In this document: piece by piece, positions 13,045-24,549 of the stretch
Numbering within the stretch: position 1 is the stretch's first letter
How the letters are laid out: each line of letters opens with the position of its first letter
From: Antedon mediterranea
Taxonomy: Eukaryota > Animalia > Echinodermata
Length of the DNA: 64,000 nucleotides
Direction: 5' to 3'
Assembly (NCBI RefSeq): GCF_964355755.1
Contig: NC_092679.1
Location: forward strand, 5,548,201 to 5,612,200
Position numbers and translations under genes: made by a program
The notes under the pieces: generated by a model
Database searches by the model: none
Told to the model about the DNA's origin: nothing
The model's input: the letters and a program-made list of their open reading frames with translations, nothing else

Positions 13045-13487
13045 TATTGACAACTGGGGGAACCTTGTATCATAGGTCCTCTAGCCAGTCTGGCTGGTTA
13101 ACAACTGGGGGCAATCTGGCTGTTTGACAACTGGGGGAAATCTGGCTGTTTGACAACTGGTGGAAATCTTTATCGTAGGTCTTCTGGGCAGTTTGGCTGT
13201 TTGACAACTGGGGGAAGTCTGGCTGTTTGACAACTGGGGGAATCCTTTATCATAGGTCCTTTGGGCAGTCTGGCTGTTTGACAACTGGAGGAAATCTGGC
13301 TGTTTGACAACTGGGGGAAATCTGGCTGTTTGACAACTGGGGGCAATCTGGCTGTTTGACAACTGGGGGCATCCTTTATCATAGGTCCTTTGGGCAGTCT
13401 GACTGTTTGACAACGGGGGGAAGTCTGGCTGTTTGACAATTTGGGGAAACCTTTATCGTAGGTCCTCTGGGCAGTCTGGCTGTTTGC
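13045..13487 (-). repeat. Composite 26-bp/~50-bp minisatellite in the GSTZ1 3'UTR, overlapping its last codons
   Basis: Units TCTGGCTGTTTGACAACTGGGGGAAA interleaved with CCTTTATCATAGGTCCTTTGGGCAG. Confidence 0.9.
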
Positions 13488-15984
13488 TTGGATGAGCTGC
13501 CTTGAATTCTGGCAACTCAATAAGGGCAGCATTCACTCTTGAAATTATAGGAAACTTTGACATGTCAACTTTAAACCTGAAATGAAATTGTACAAATCCA
13601 GCACTACGTACATGCATCAGTAATATTAGAGAGGTTTCGCAATCTTACGAATACGATAACGAAAACGGATATGTCACGCACACGTATTCGTTTTCATAAG
13701 CCATAAAAAAATCTGTTTCGCATGGCAACGAAATATTGAGGCGCGTCCAAAATATGACTGCGGTAAATTTGAGCGAAGCGCAGGTACGTGGTTCTTGGTG
13801 CTTGGCTGCCTAGGCCTAGCGTAACATCAAAGCGAGTTTGAATTTATCAAAATTGACTTGGCATTTTAATAAATTACTTTAGTAACTTACTTTCAATAAA
13901 TCTATAATTATGTTATAATCATGAATTATTCCTGATTCAAATGCAAAATGTGCAAAATAGGTCAAAAACTATACTCGTTTTGTAGTTACGAATATGACTG
14001 ATGATATTTGTCAACACGAATACGCTTTACGAATATGAAATGGGGATCAGCTCAAAAGTTTCACAAATGTATGACGTATCCATTTTCGTTATCGTATTCG
14101 TAAGGTTGCGAAGCCTCCCTAATAGCTTTTGTTACAAACTAGGACTAAACAGCAAAACAAAACTAACCTGTTAGCGTTGAACACTTGTGGAACTAAACAG
14201 AAGTCCGCCATTGTGATTGTATTACCAACGGAGTATGTTCCAGCAGTTCTAGACAATAGCTTCTCTAGAGCCTCAAAGCCATGATCGATATGATAATGTC
14301 CCCATTCCATTTTCTTTTCACTCCCAACATATTTCAGAATGGAGAGATTCTGAAATTTAAAGTATAAATTTTGATTTAAAACAAATTCTAAAAGCAATCT
14401 GATTGAAGTTCGGATAAAATAGTGATTTTATTTTTGTGAATCATAAATACACTATGAGATTTTTGTATTCATCATTAGAAAAATATATATCTTTTTTTGA
14501 CAAAAAGAAAAAGAATGATGATGATGATTACTGCCTCTCCGCTGAAAAGCTTGAGTGAATCTATACAGTAATAATATTTTTTGTGTTGTAATATTTCGTT
14601 TCCTTAATTCTCTTCTTCTCCATCCCATCTCCATCATTACCCCTCATCCACTATGCACCCTGTTGTCACCCATTCTTCCACCCTTTACCTCCCACTATAC
14701 AACCTGTTTTTACCAACCCCTTTCTGGGTGTTATCCTCACCTGTATAGGCTGAATCCCTGTTGTAATTGTTTCTGTTACCTGTCGTACCTACACATAAAA
14801 TTGAAAAATTATTTACATAATATTTTTGATGGTAGACAATAAATAATTATTATTTGTACTAGCATACTTATTTCATTGTGAAACAGAATATATTTGAGGG
14901 TATGCAGCAATTACTAATTTGTAACAGCCTATTCATATATTGTCATACATGTTTAAAATTCAATTAATGTTTTTTTTTTCTTTAAACATATTTTTTTAAC
15001 TCACCAGAGCTCGTTGTCCTGCTTCTTTTGGAAGTAGAGGAAAATCAGGCCTTGTCTCCTCAATGTATTCTATAATAGCAATCTTTAAAAACAAATTCTA
15101 ATTTTAGAAGATTTTCATTCAAATACTTTTTTTATAATAATCAGCAGAATTATAAACTTACAGATTGTGAGAGTGTTAATCCATCAATAATTAGAGCTGG
15201 AACCTGTCCACTTGGATTCAGCTCTTTGTGTTCTTCTGAGAGCTAGAATAAAATTAAAATCTGAAAGTGATTCTGTATCTGTTCACATTTAAATAAATTA
15301 GCTGGTAATCAATTATAATCAATAACTATCAATAAGTACTTTACTTTACCTGTTCAGATTTCAGTAAATTAACTGGCCTGTATTCATACTCAATCTTCTT
15401 AAATGCAAGAGCTACAAAATTAACATTACAAATTGTCATTGAATTACTGCATGTTTTGACATTCAACTTTCATTATAGAACCAAGGCCTAGTTTTTATTC
15501 TGAATATAATTGTGATTATAAATTACATTATAAACTTACCCAGGCGAACTCTCCATGAACATGAGCTTCTAAAGTACGAGTATAAAATAGGCTAAAAAAG
15601 AAATATTTTTTAAATATATAATTGTATATTGTAATAACTAGCCTATACCAAGCAAGTGGGAAGTTCAACTCCCGAACAAACTATGCCTAGCCTTTGTTAC
15701 TAGCTAGTTTCCTCCTTAAATAATAAAGTTTAAACTATAATTTAAAATGAGAAGGAACTAGGCTGCACTTTTCACCAACATCGCAACCATATTACGTGAT
15801 CGACTGTGTGCAAACGACGCTCAACAGCAGTCCGTGTGGTGGTACATGTAGGAGGCCTGCCTGGCTCTGGCCATCTAGTAGAGGCCTAAGTTTGAACAGA
15901 ATTGATGGATACAATCTGAATTTCTTCATTATTTGAAACTAATGCAATGCTTCATCACATAAACTTACGTACTTTTGGATTCAT
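13453..15984 (-). CDS. GSTZ1: Glutathione S-transferase zeta / maleylacetoacetate isomerase, 8 coding exons
   Basis: Exons 15984-15973, 15591-15540, 15411-15350, 15242-15162, 15082-15005, 14788-14741, 14349-14168, 13576-13453. They translate as [92 protein letters not shown], with the zeta-class SSC motif. Confidence 0.96.
13629..14119. mobile_element. MITE in the last GSTZ1 intron
   Basis: ~50-bp TIRs GAGAGGTTTCGCAATCTTACGAATACGATAACGAAAA / TTTTCGTTATCGTATTCGTAAGGTTGCGAAGCCTCCC, flanked by TA. Confidence 0.85.
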
Positions 15985-16305
15985 TTTTAGGTACTCTGTT
16001 GTTGATTTAATTAAAAATAAATACAAAAAGCAGAGGGAGAGCTGACTGAGCACGACGTGTTGTTTTTCCCCAGGTCAACCAGGTATATAAACTATACCAA
16101 ACTGGCGAGTAAATCATGTTTTACTTTTTAAACCTCGCAACGTCTGGTTGAAAAGGCTACTTGGACCAATATTTTCTATTAGCCTAGGGGTTATTGCGAT
16201 TTGGACGTTTCTGATTGGTTGTAGCCATGGACTATATTGATTAACACTGTTCTGATTGGTTGTAGCTTTGAATACATCTTCTCGGAACTCGTCCTTAATA
16301 CAATA

Positions 16306-17730
16306 GCAATTTAGCACAGTGTTTTACTATATAACCAGATAAATAATAGGAAACATTTAATAATTTGATAAATGACATTTAAATAGCAATTTAGGTAAAT
16401 GTCTTTTGAAATTAAATAAATTAAAACCAATTTGGTTAGAGTAAAACACAATGATAAAGAATAGGAAACATTTTAATAATATGATAAATTACATTTACAT
16501 AGCAATTTAGCACTGTGTTTTACTATAACCAATTTGGTTAGAGTAAAACACAATGATAAAGAATAAGAAACATTTAATAATATGATAAATGACATTTACA
16601 TAGCAATTTATCACTGTGTTTTACTATAACCAATTTGGTTAGAGTAAAGCACAATGATAAAGAATAGGAAACATTTAATAACATGATAAATGACATTCAC
16701 ATAGCAATTTAGCACTGTGTTTTACTATAACCAATCAGATTAGAGTAAAACACAATGATAAAGAATAGGAAACATTTAATAATATGATAAATGACATTTA
16801 CATAGTAATTTAGCACTGTGTTTTACTATAACCAATTTGATTATGGTAAAACACAATGATATAGAATAGGAAACATTTAATAACATGATAAATGACATTT
16901 ACATAGCAATTTAGCACTGTGTTTTACTATAACCAATTTGGTTAGAGTAAAACACAACGATAAAGAATAGGAAACATTTAATAACATGATAAATTACATT
17001 TACATAGCAATTTATCACTGTGTTTTACTATAACCAATTTGGTTAGAGTAAAACACAATGATAAAGAATAGGAAACATTTAATAATATGATAAATTACAT
17101 TTACATAGCAATTTATCACTGTGTTTTACTATAACCAATTTGGTTAGAGTAAAACACAACGATAAAGAATAGGAAACATTTAATAACATGATAAATGTCA
17201 TTACATAGCAATTTATCACTGTGTTTTACTACAACCAATTTGGTTAGAGTAAAACACAACGATAAAGAATAGGAAACATTTAATAACATGATAAATGACA
17301 TTTACATAGTAATTTAGCACTGTGTTTTACTATAACCAATTTGGCTAGAGTAAAACACAACGATAAAGAATAGGAAACATTTAATAACATGATAAATGTC
17401 ATTACATAGCAATTTATCACTGTGTTTTACTATAACCAATTTGGTTAGAGTAAAACACAATGATAAAGCATAGGAATTTAATAATACGATATATAACATT
17501 TACATAGCAATTTATCTCTGTGTTTTACTATAACCAATTTGGTTAGAGTTAAACACAACGATAAAGAATAGGAAACATTTAAAAATATGATAAATGACAT
17601 TCACATAGCAATTTAGCACTGTGTTTTACTATACCAATTTGATTAGAGTAAAACACAATGATAAAGAATAGGAAACATTTAATAATATGATAAATTGCTA
17701 GCACTGTGTTTTACCAATACCAATTTAGTT
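16306..17730 (-). repeat. 101-bp satellite array (about 14 copies), left arm of the foldback
   Basis: Monomer ...AGCAATTTA(G/T)CACTGTGTTTTACTATAACCAATTTGGTTAGAGTAAAACACAATGATAAAGAATAGGAAACATTTAATAA...; period 101 (16501 to 16602). Confidence 0.95.
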
Positions 17731-18079
17731 TTGGATAAAGAATATGAATTTAAAGAATGGATATAATATGATATGATACAATATGATTTTCTCCCAATTA
17801 GTAAGACATTTTGGAATACTGCGTGCGTAGTGCATTTTAAAACCGTAAACGCATAAATTTGCGGACATACTCGTAAAACACACTTCCAGAGATTTAATAA
17901 TTTTAACAGTACTACAACATCCATAATATAAAGTAGTATAGATTTGTACAAAAAGAGCAGAACGATTAAATTAACTGTCATTGCATCTACTGAACTGTCT
18001 CATTACATCTATTGAAAAATTCATCGCGATGAATTTATTAATACACCAATCAGATCACACGCAATTAGTATGGAATGCC

Positions 18080-18920
18080 AGTTTAGGCGATGATAAAATC
18101 GCGTCGATGATGCAATGAAAATTGCGTCGATGTGATGAAAATTGCGTCGATGAATATAGTATTGATGTAATGAAAATTTAAGTCGATGTGATGAACATTG
18201 CGTCGATGAAAATTGCGTCGATGAAAACTGCATCGACGAAAACTGCATCGATGAAAAAAAAAAAAAAATTTTCATCGATGCAGTTTTCATCGATGAAAAT
18301 TGCGATCTCCCTGCCGGTATGATTTGAATATGATGTCATGGATGCTGGACATCTGAATTTTATGTACTGTACTGGTGGATTAACGGAAGCAATTAGCTAG
18401 AAGATATAATGTGTCCGAAAGGACAATAATGGATCCATTGCTAAAATGTGTTGACAATAAATCACTAAAATGTTAATCAGTGCATATATTTCAACATTGT
18501 TTTAGTGCGCGCTCACTGTGCGCTTGTCTATAACGCGCGCTAGCGCAAGTGGTAAACATGTTTATCATATCAAAATATTCAGAAACCGTCAATTTTTAGC
18601 AACATAATAACATTATTAACATCATTATTAACATCATCATTTACTTTACTAGTAGTAATTTTCATCATTGATTGAATTAAAACCATTTGGAATTTTCATA
18701 ATCAATTAAATTCGTCACATCAATTTTCATCGATGCAGTTTTCATCGACGCAATTTTCATCGATGCAGTTTTCATCGACGCAATTTTCATCGACGCAATT
18801 TTCGTCGATGCAATTTTCATCGACGCGATTTTCATCGACGCAATTTACATTGCATCGACGCAATCTAAATTGCATCGACGCAATGTCATCATCGACGCAA
18901 TTTTTATCATCGCCAAAAAC
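18080..18920. repeat. Inverted pair of 15-bp tandem arrays (small nested foldback/MITE)
   Basis: (GAAAATTGCGTCGAT)n at about 18090-18255 and its reverse complement (CAATTTTCATCGACG)n at 18720-18910. The outer ends GTTTAGGCGATGATAAAA and TTTTTATCATCGCCAAAAAC match as inverted repeats. Confidence 0.85.
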
Positions 18921-19193
18921 TTGTGTAAAACGGCGTTCCATAATTAGTGACGAATCGCATATTCGCCGTTTATTGTTGAGGCGCGTAAACAGTGTGCGCA
19001 ATGCATGTTTTCTTCCCATGACGAGATGAATCGATATTCGACGCTTCGTGTGACGAATAATCGCCAAATTATAATTAATATAATTAATTAATGAAATAAG
19101 ATACGCAGTTGATGTTTGCATCAATTGTTCTTTAGAATAAATACTTTCGAAATACAAAACAAAAAATGTGTGGTGAGTGACGATATGTTCAAT

Positions 19194-19228
19194 CATGGAC
19201 CTATAAATTACTAATTTATAGGTCCATG
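19194..19228. mobile_element. 35-bp palindrome with a 7-bp near-TSD
   Basis: GTTCAAT|CATGGACCTATAAATTA-C-TAATTTATAGGTCCATG|ATTCAAT. Confidence 0.75.
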
Positions 19229-19772
19229 ATTCAATATATGTAGCTTCAATTCAAACATAATGTAACAGAAAATTCGAAGCGTAAAAAACGTTCGTTTACA
19301 CAACACTTTTTGTTATACTTTATTATTGATTATTATATTATACAGGAATACTATTTATTTCCTCATTTCTACCAAAAATAAACAATATTTTGGATACAAA
19401 ACTTTGTGCATGTGAATTACATTACCAAAATATTAAAATGAGGATAAAAAAACATCGCGTAAAATACTCGTATTCAAAAGCTTCTGAAATTTGTAGATAT
19501 ATGTCATGAAAAAGAAATTTGACATTCCCAATAATTTTTTTTGGCAAAAATGTAATATATGAAACATACAATTTACATAGTTTATCATTGTTTTTTATTA
19601 GAACCAATGGTTACACAGTTAAACATAGTGATAAAGAATAGATACTTGTTAGGTTACTACCCTACCCTCTAGTTTGAAGCGACATTATAAATTCATCGCG
19701 AAAAAAAACGTATCGTATTCAGAAACGTTTGACATTTTGTATAGATATGTTCACTAAGACAAAACAAATTAT

Positions 19773-20125
19773 AAGTGAGTCAAGCGGTTAAGGCAGGGGC
19801 GCCGTTTACCGTACCTAAAGAGCCAACAGCAACATTGGCAAGGGTTCGAGGCCGACTCGCTCCTAGTTCTGGTGGTGGAACAAGTCTTCTCGGATAAGGA
19901 CTATAAACCGTAGGTCCAGTGTACACAGTTATAACCTGTGTGTACTTTAAAGAAACCCAGTTCATTATTCGAAAAAGAGTAGGGGGTTACCCCGGTGAAC
20001 TGGTTCACACAATAGCCCCTGTATCAGGGGGATTAACACCTATCTGATAGGACAGTGATTAATTCACTATTGGTAATCCTTGGCCACATTGCCTAAAGAC
20101 ATAAAATAAAATAAAAATAAATTTC
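19773..20125 (+). mobile_element. tRNA-derived SINE with a Deu/Nin-type central domain
   Basis: A box-like CAAGCGGTTAAGGC and B box GGGTTCGAGGCC. Core TCGGATAAGGACTATAAACCGTAGGTCC..AAAGAGTAGGGGGTTACCCCGGTG; (AAAAT)n tail. Related copies at 26030-26302 (-), 38755-39010 (+) and a fragment at 38520-38680 (-). Confidence 0.8.
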
Positions 20126-20529
20126 AAGACAAATCGATGATTTCAATAATTTGCATTTCTAAAAATTCACACTTATGAAAGACCATACATTTTTAACATA
20201 TTCGTTTTACTTCATTGATGATTCTCACAAAAGTATACAATAAAACCATTAGAATATCATCATTTTTTCTGTGTACCGAGTTTAGAAACTTTTTGAATAC
20301 CAGACGTATTTTTTTGTGATGCTTTTTCATTTGAATTGTAGTATAAAATGTCATTGAAACGAGATAAAAATCATACACAAGACATGTTATAATAGGTTTC
20401 TCTATAATATACATAACAAAATTAGTCCTTTTTTTTGTGGTAAGAATCGCCAATGAAGTAGAAAATTAATAATCATTAATAGTAGGCCTAAAATATAATA
20501 TTAAATATTATAAAGAATATCAAACATTT

Positions 20530-21790
20530 TATGTTATGAAAAATAAAATTTACATATAAGTTTATCATTGTGTTTTACTATAAACAAATTGGTTAAAAGT
20601 TAAACACAGTGAGTGATAAAGAATAGAACTGTTTTAGTTTATTTAACCCTAACCCTAGTTTGAAGCGATCACACATTTAATATTTATCGCTAAAAATATG
20701 TATCGTCTTGAAAAACGTTTGATATTTGGTAGATATATGTTCAATATAGGTTCTTACATCTATAATGCAAAAGAAATATCCTAATAGTTTTATTTTGATT
20801 TCTGGGAATCATCAATGAAGTAAAAATGTGTTGGAAATGTATGGTCTTTCATAAGTGTAAATGTTTAGAAATGCAAATTATTAAAATCACGAATTTGTCT
20901 TGAAACTTTTATTTTTTGTTTGTTTTATAGACGTAAGAACCTATTGAACATATTTACCAAATTTCAAATGTTTCTGAATACGATACGTATTTAATTTTTC
21001 GCGATGAATTAAGTATGTGATCGCTTCAAACTAGGGTTAGAGTTATATAACCTAAAACAGTGTCTATTCTTTATCACTGTGTTTAACTGTGTAACCAAAT
21101 TGGTTCTGTAAAACAAGATGATAAACTATGTAACTTGTATTATATTACATTATATGTATCCTATAATGTAATATGAAAAATAAAATGTACATAGTTTATC
21201 ATTATGTTGTACTAAAACCAATTTGGTTAAAAGTTAAACACAGTGTTAAAGAATGGAACTGTTAGGTTAACCCTAACCCTAGTTTGAAGCGATCACATAC
21301 TTAATTCATCGATAAAAATACGTATGGTCTTAAAAAACGTTTGAAATTTGATAGATATGTTCAATATAGGTTCTTACATCTATAATGTAAAAGAAATATC
21401 AGTATTTGTTTTATTTTGATTTCTGGGAATCATCAATGAAGTAAAAATGTGTTGGAAAATGTATGGTATTTCATAAGTGTACATTTTTAGAAATGCAAAT
21501 TATTAAAATCACGAATTTTTCGTGAAATTTATATTTTTTGTTTGTTTTATAGACGTAAGAACCTATTAAACATATCTAACAAATTTCAAAAGTTTCTGAA
21601 TACGATATACGTACTTTTTCGCGATGAATTTATTATGTCGCTTCAAACTAGGGTTAGGGTTATATAACCAAAAACAGTATCTATTCTTTATCACTGTGTT
21701 TAACTGTGTCACCAAATTGGTTCTGTAAAACAAGATGATTAACTATGTAACTTGTATTTATTATATTATTACATTATATGTATCCTATTC
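20530..21790. repeat. Two tandem ~640-bp units, each a long imperfect palindrome
   Basis: 20560-20765 is the reverse complement of about 20925-21130, and the same layout repeats at 21190-21750. Degenerate partial copies occur at 19440-19770 and 20120-20190. Confidence 0.85.
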
Positions 21791-21829
21791 TTTATCATAA
21801 CGTTTAGATAATAAGATATATTTAATATA

Positions 21830-24000
21830 ATATTTTGCTATGTAAATAACATCATATAATAAATGTTTCATTATCATCGTGTTTTACTGTAACCAAATTG
21901 GCTATGGTAAAACACAATACTAAATTTGTATGTAAATGTATCATATTATATTATTATATGTTTCCTATTCTTATTTGTGTTTTACTGTATCCAGCACAGT
22001 GCTAAATATCATTTATCATAGTTTAAATGTTTTACTCTAACCAAATTGGTTATAGTAAAACACAGTGATAAATTACTATGTAAATGTCATTTTGTCATAT
22101 TATTAAATGTTTCCTATTCTTTATCATTGTGTTTTACTCTAACCAAATTGGTTATAGTAAAACATTGTGCTAAATTGCTATGTAAATGTAATTTATCATA
22201 TTATTAAATGTTTCCTATTCTTTATCATTGTGCTTTACTCTAATCAAATTGGTTATAGTAAAACACAGTGCTAAATTGCTATGTGAATGTCATTTATCAT
22301 ATTATTAAATGTTCCTATTCTTTATCATTGTGTTTTACCATAATCAAATTGGTTATAGTAAAACACAGTGATAAATTGCTATGTAAATGTCATTTATCAT
22401 GTTATTAAATGTTTCCTATTCTTTATCATTGTGTTTTACTTTAACCAAATTGGTTATAGTAAAACACAGTGATAAATTGCTATGTAAATAATCATTATTA
22501 TTAAATGTTTTTACTCTGACCAAATTGGTTATAGTAAAAACAGTGATAAATTACTATGTAAATGTCATTTTGTCATATTATTAAATGTTTCCTATTCTTT
22601 ATCATTGTGTTTTACTCTAACCAAATTGGTTATAGTAAAACACAGTGATAAATTGCTATGTAAATGTAATTATTATTAAATTCCTATCTTTATCATTGTG
22701 TTTTACTCTAACCAAATTGGTTATAGTAAAACACAGTGCTAAATTGCTATGTGAATGTCATTTATCATATTATTAAATGTTCCTATTCTATATCATTGTG
22801 TTTTACTCTAACCAAATTGGTTATAGTAAAACAAAGTGCTAAATTGCTATGTAAATGTCATTTATCATGTTATTAAATGTTTCCTATTCTTTATCGTTGT
22901 GTTTTACTCTAACCAAATTGGTTATAGTAAAACATTGTGCTAAATTGCTATGTAAATAATCATTATTATTAAATGTTCCCTATTCTTTATCATTGTGTTT
23001 TACCATAATCAAATTGGTTATAGTAAAACACAGTGATAAATTGCTATGTAAATAATCATTATTATTAAATGTTTTTACTCTAACCAAATTGGTTATAGTA
23101 AAACACAGTGCTAAATTGCTATGTAAATAATCATTATTATTATTAAATGTTTTCTATTCTTTATCATTGTGTTTTACCATAATCAAATTGGTTATAGTAG
23201 AACACAGTGCTAAATTGCTATGTAAATGTCATTTATCATATTATTAAATGTTTCCTATTCTTTTTCATTGTGTTTTACTTTAACCAAATTGGTTATAGTA
23301 AAACACAGTGCTAAATTGCTATGTAAATAATCATTATTATTATTAAATGTTTCCTATTCTTTATCATTGTGTTTTACCATAATCAAATTGGTTATAGTAG
23401 AACACAGTGCTAAATTGCTATGTAAATGTCATTTATCATATTATTAAATGTTTCCTATTCTTTTTCATTGTGTTTTACTCTAACCAAATTGGTTATAGTA
23501 AAACACAGTGCTAAATTGCTATGTAAATGTCATTTATCATATTATTAAATGTTTCCTATTCTTTATCATTGTGTTTTACTCTAACCAAATTGTAGTAAAA
23601 CACAGTGATACATTGATATGTAATGTCATTTATCATATTATTAAATGTTTCCTATTCTATATCATTGTGTTTTACTCTAACCAAATTGTAGTAAAACACA
23701 GTGATACATTGATATGTAATGTCATTTATCATATTATTAAATGTTTCCTATTCTATATCATTGTGTTTTACTATAACCAAATTGGTTATAGTAAAACACA
23801 GTGCTAAATTGCTATGTAAATGTCATTTATCATATTATTAAATGTTTCCTATTCTTTATCATTGTGTTTTACTCTAACCAAATTGGTTATAGTAAAACAC
23901 AGTGCTAAATTGCTATGTAAATGTCATTTATCATATTATTAAATGTTTCCTATTCTTTATCATTGTGTTTTACTCTAACCAAATTGGTTATAGTACACAG
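21830..24000 (+). repeat. 101-bp satellite array (about 22 copies, some shortened), right arm, reverse complement of the left array
   Basis: Period 101 (23821 to 23922); monomer TTTATCATTGTGTTTTACTCTAACCAAATTGGTTATAGTAAAACACAGTG(C/A)TAAATTGCTATGTAAATGTCA... Confidence 0.95.
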
Positions 24001-24054
24001 TATATTTTAACTCAGCAACATGTATAACATCGCCGCAAAATTGTTTATACGTTT

Positions 24055-24210
24055 ATTTTGATTGGCTAACTAAAGTACGGTCTAATGAATATTGATATCA
24101 GAAGATTCCCTAGCTTAGTAAAAAAGTTTTATTACCAAAAATATGCTGATTACGTCACTACCGGAAGTTGTAGTCTAGCATGATTCAGACGCAATTGATT
24201 ATGTACGTTT
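24055..24210 (+). promoter_or_regulatory. Candidate POMT2 promoter / 5'UTR exon
   Basis: ATTGG (CCAAT) at 24061, TTACGTCA (CRE-like) at 24150, CCGGAAGT (ETS) at 24161, donor-like GTACGT at 24203, and acceptor TTTTTCAG at 24539 just before the ATG. Confidence 0.45.
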
Positions 24211-24549
24211 GTTAAACATATAAAAAGCTGTAAATTACCACAAAACGACGATAGGAAAGAATTCAAAGAAATGCCCTACGTGTTCAAAATCATTGTTTTA
24301 ATATATTCTGTATGTATAACTAACAATTGACCTTGTGGAAGAGCGTATAAATTTAATTTAAAGTAAAACATGATTTACTCGCCAATTTGGTATTGGATAT
24401 ATAGCTCGGTCAACACAAAAAACCGGCTAGTTGACCTTTGACATGTATTTTGTAAACAAAAGGAGAATTGCAAACACTTTTTATCGACAAAATAAATCTT
24501 AAGTTATAATATAAATGACTTCTTAGTATTGTTTTTCAGATACCATGAC

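Larger units (their letters stand above)
16080..24407. mobile_element. 8.3-kb non-autonomous foldback-type DNA transposon (P-superfamily/Galileo-like by its 7-bp TSD)
   Basis: The left end CAGGTATATAAACTATACCAAACTGGCGAGTAAATCATGTTTTACTTT aligns ungapped to the reverse complement of the right end (24360-24407). An identical 7-bp direct repeat GGTCAAC lies at 16073-16079 and 24408-24414. Inverted 101-bp satellite arrays lie inside. No transposase ORF seen. Confidence 0.75.

Noticed and set aside
13081-13532. 110- and 120-aa ORFs downstream of GSTZ1
   Set aside because: Out-of-frame readings of the 3'UTR minisatellite; the GSTZ1 frame stops at 13453.
18021-19196. ORFs with QFSST / DENC repeats
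   Set aside because: Read-through of the 15-bp arrays; no transposase or THAP motif recognised.
20640-21665. Interstitial telomere
   Set aside because: Only about two TAACCC units per site, embedded in the repeat unit.
16306-24000. CRISPR-like array (palindromic repeats with spacers)
   Set aside because: The spacers are constant rather than unique, the period is 101 bp, the context is eukaryotic, and there are no cas-like ORFs.
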